In this document: piece by piece, positions 63,781 to 64,000 of the stretch
How the letters are laid out: the number at the start of each line of letters is the position of its first letter
Position numbering within the stretch: position 1 is the first letter of the stretch
Source: Camelus dromedarius
Lineage: Eukaryota
Assembly (NCBI RefSeq): GCF_036321535.1
Contig: NC_087447.1
Span: forward strand, 12,772,001-12,836,000
Direction of reading: 5' to 3'
Length of the DNA: 64,000 nucleotides
Program-made: the position numbers and the translations under genes
The notes under the pieces: generated by a model
Databases searched by the model: none
The model's input: the letters and a program-made list of their open reading frames with translations, nothing else
What the model was told of the DNA's origin: nothing

Positions 63781-63998
63781 CTATTATTCTTGATTGGTAC
63801 CTCTATCGGATACTTAATGCCTTGATTGTTCTTTCCTAGGCCTTCATGGGGAAGCAAACCCTGAGTGAACAACTGATTAGCTACAATATTATTAGGACTG
63901 TAGAGAAAAACACCCATGTGTGACATGACATCTCTGCCCCATAAATTTACTGGCAGACCGGGCAGAATATATGGTTGAAAAGTTCCTGAATGCCCTTT
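63759..63998 (-). CDS. pro: C-terminal part of ERV protease with G-patch (partial, continues beyond the window)
   Basis: My translation: [79 protein letters not shown]; pol begins in the -1 frame overlapping the stop. Confidence 0.9.
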   Translation of the reverse strand, partial: KGHSGTFQPYILPGLPVNLWGRDVMSHMGVFLYSPNNIVANQLFTQGLLPHEGLGKNNQGIKYPIEVPIKNNRKGLGYF

Positions 63999-64000
63999 AG

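Overview
Mammalian genomic DNA, probably camelid (inferred from a tRNA-Ala-derived SINE and an L1 3' tail type I associate with camelids). The window holds a tandem olfactory receptor family 8 cluster of seven single-exon ORFs, all on the minus strand and 7.4-9.6 kb apart: four OR8K3-like genes, two more divergent OR8K genes and one OR8J2-like gene. Six OR8K genes, plus one gene off the left edge, have a homologous upstream module with an O/E (EBF) site and a splice donor. The spacers are filled with old L1, MER20, MLT, LTR16 and ERV1-type LTR fragments. The last 4.9 kb is the 3' part of a minus-strand endogenous retrovirus with a betaretroviral pro (G-patch) and pol, a gamma-type env pseudogene and a 501-bp 3' LTR ending 380 bp upstream of the OR8J start codon. 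Main observations: (1) a beta-pol/gamma-env recombinant provirus sits in the OR8J 5' region; (2) gene-conversion tracts make mosaic receptors; (3) an 'intact' OR shows signs of decay (DRY to DCY and a hidden 1-bp frameshift); (4) one OR promoter has a tandem duplication that triples its homeodomain site. Repeat family names are from recall, not a database search, and repeat boundaries are approximate unless target-site duplications are cited.
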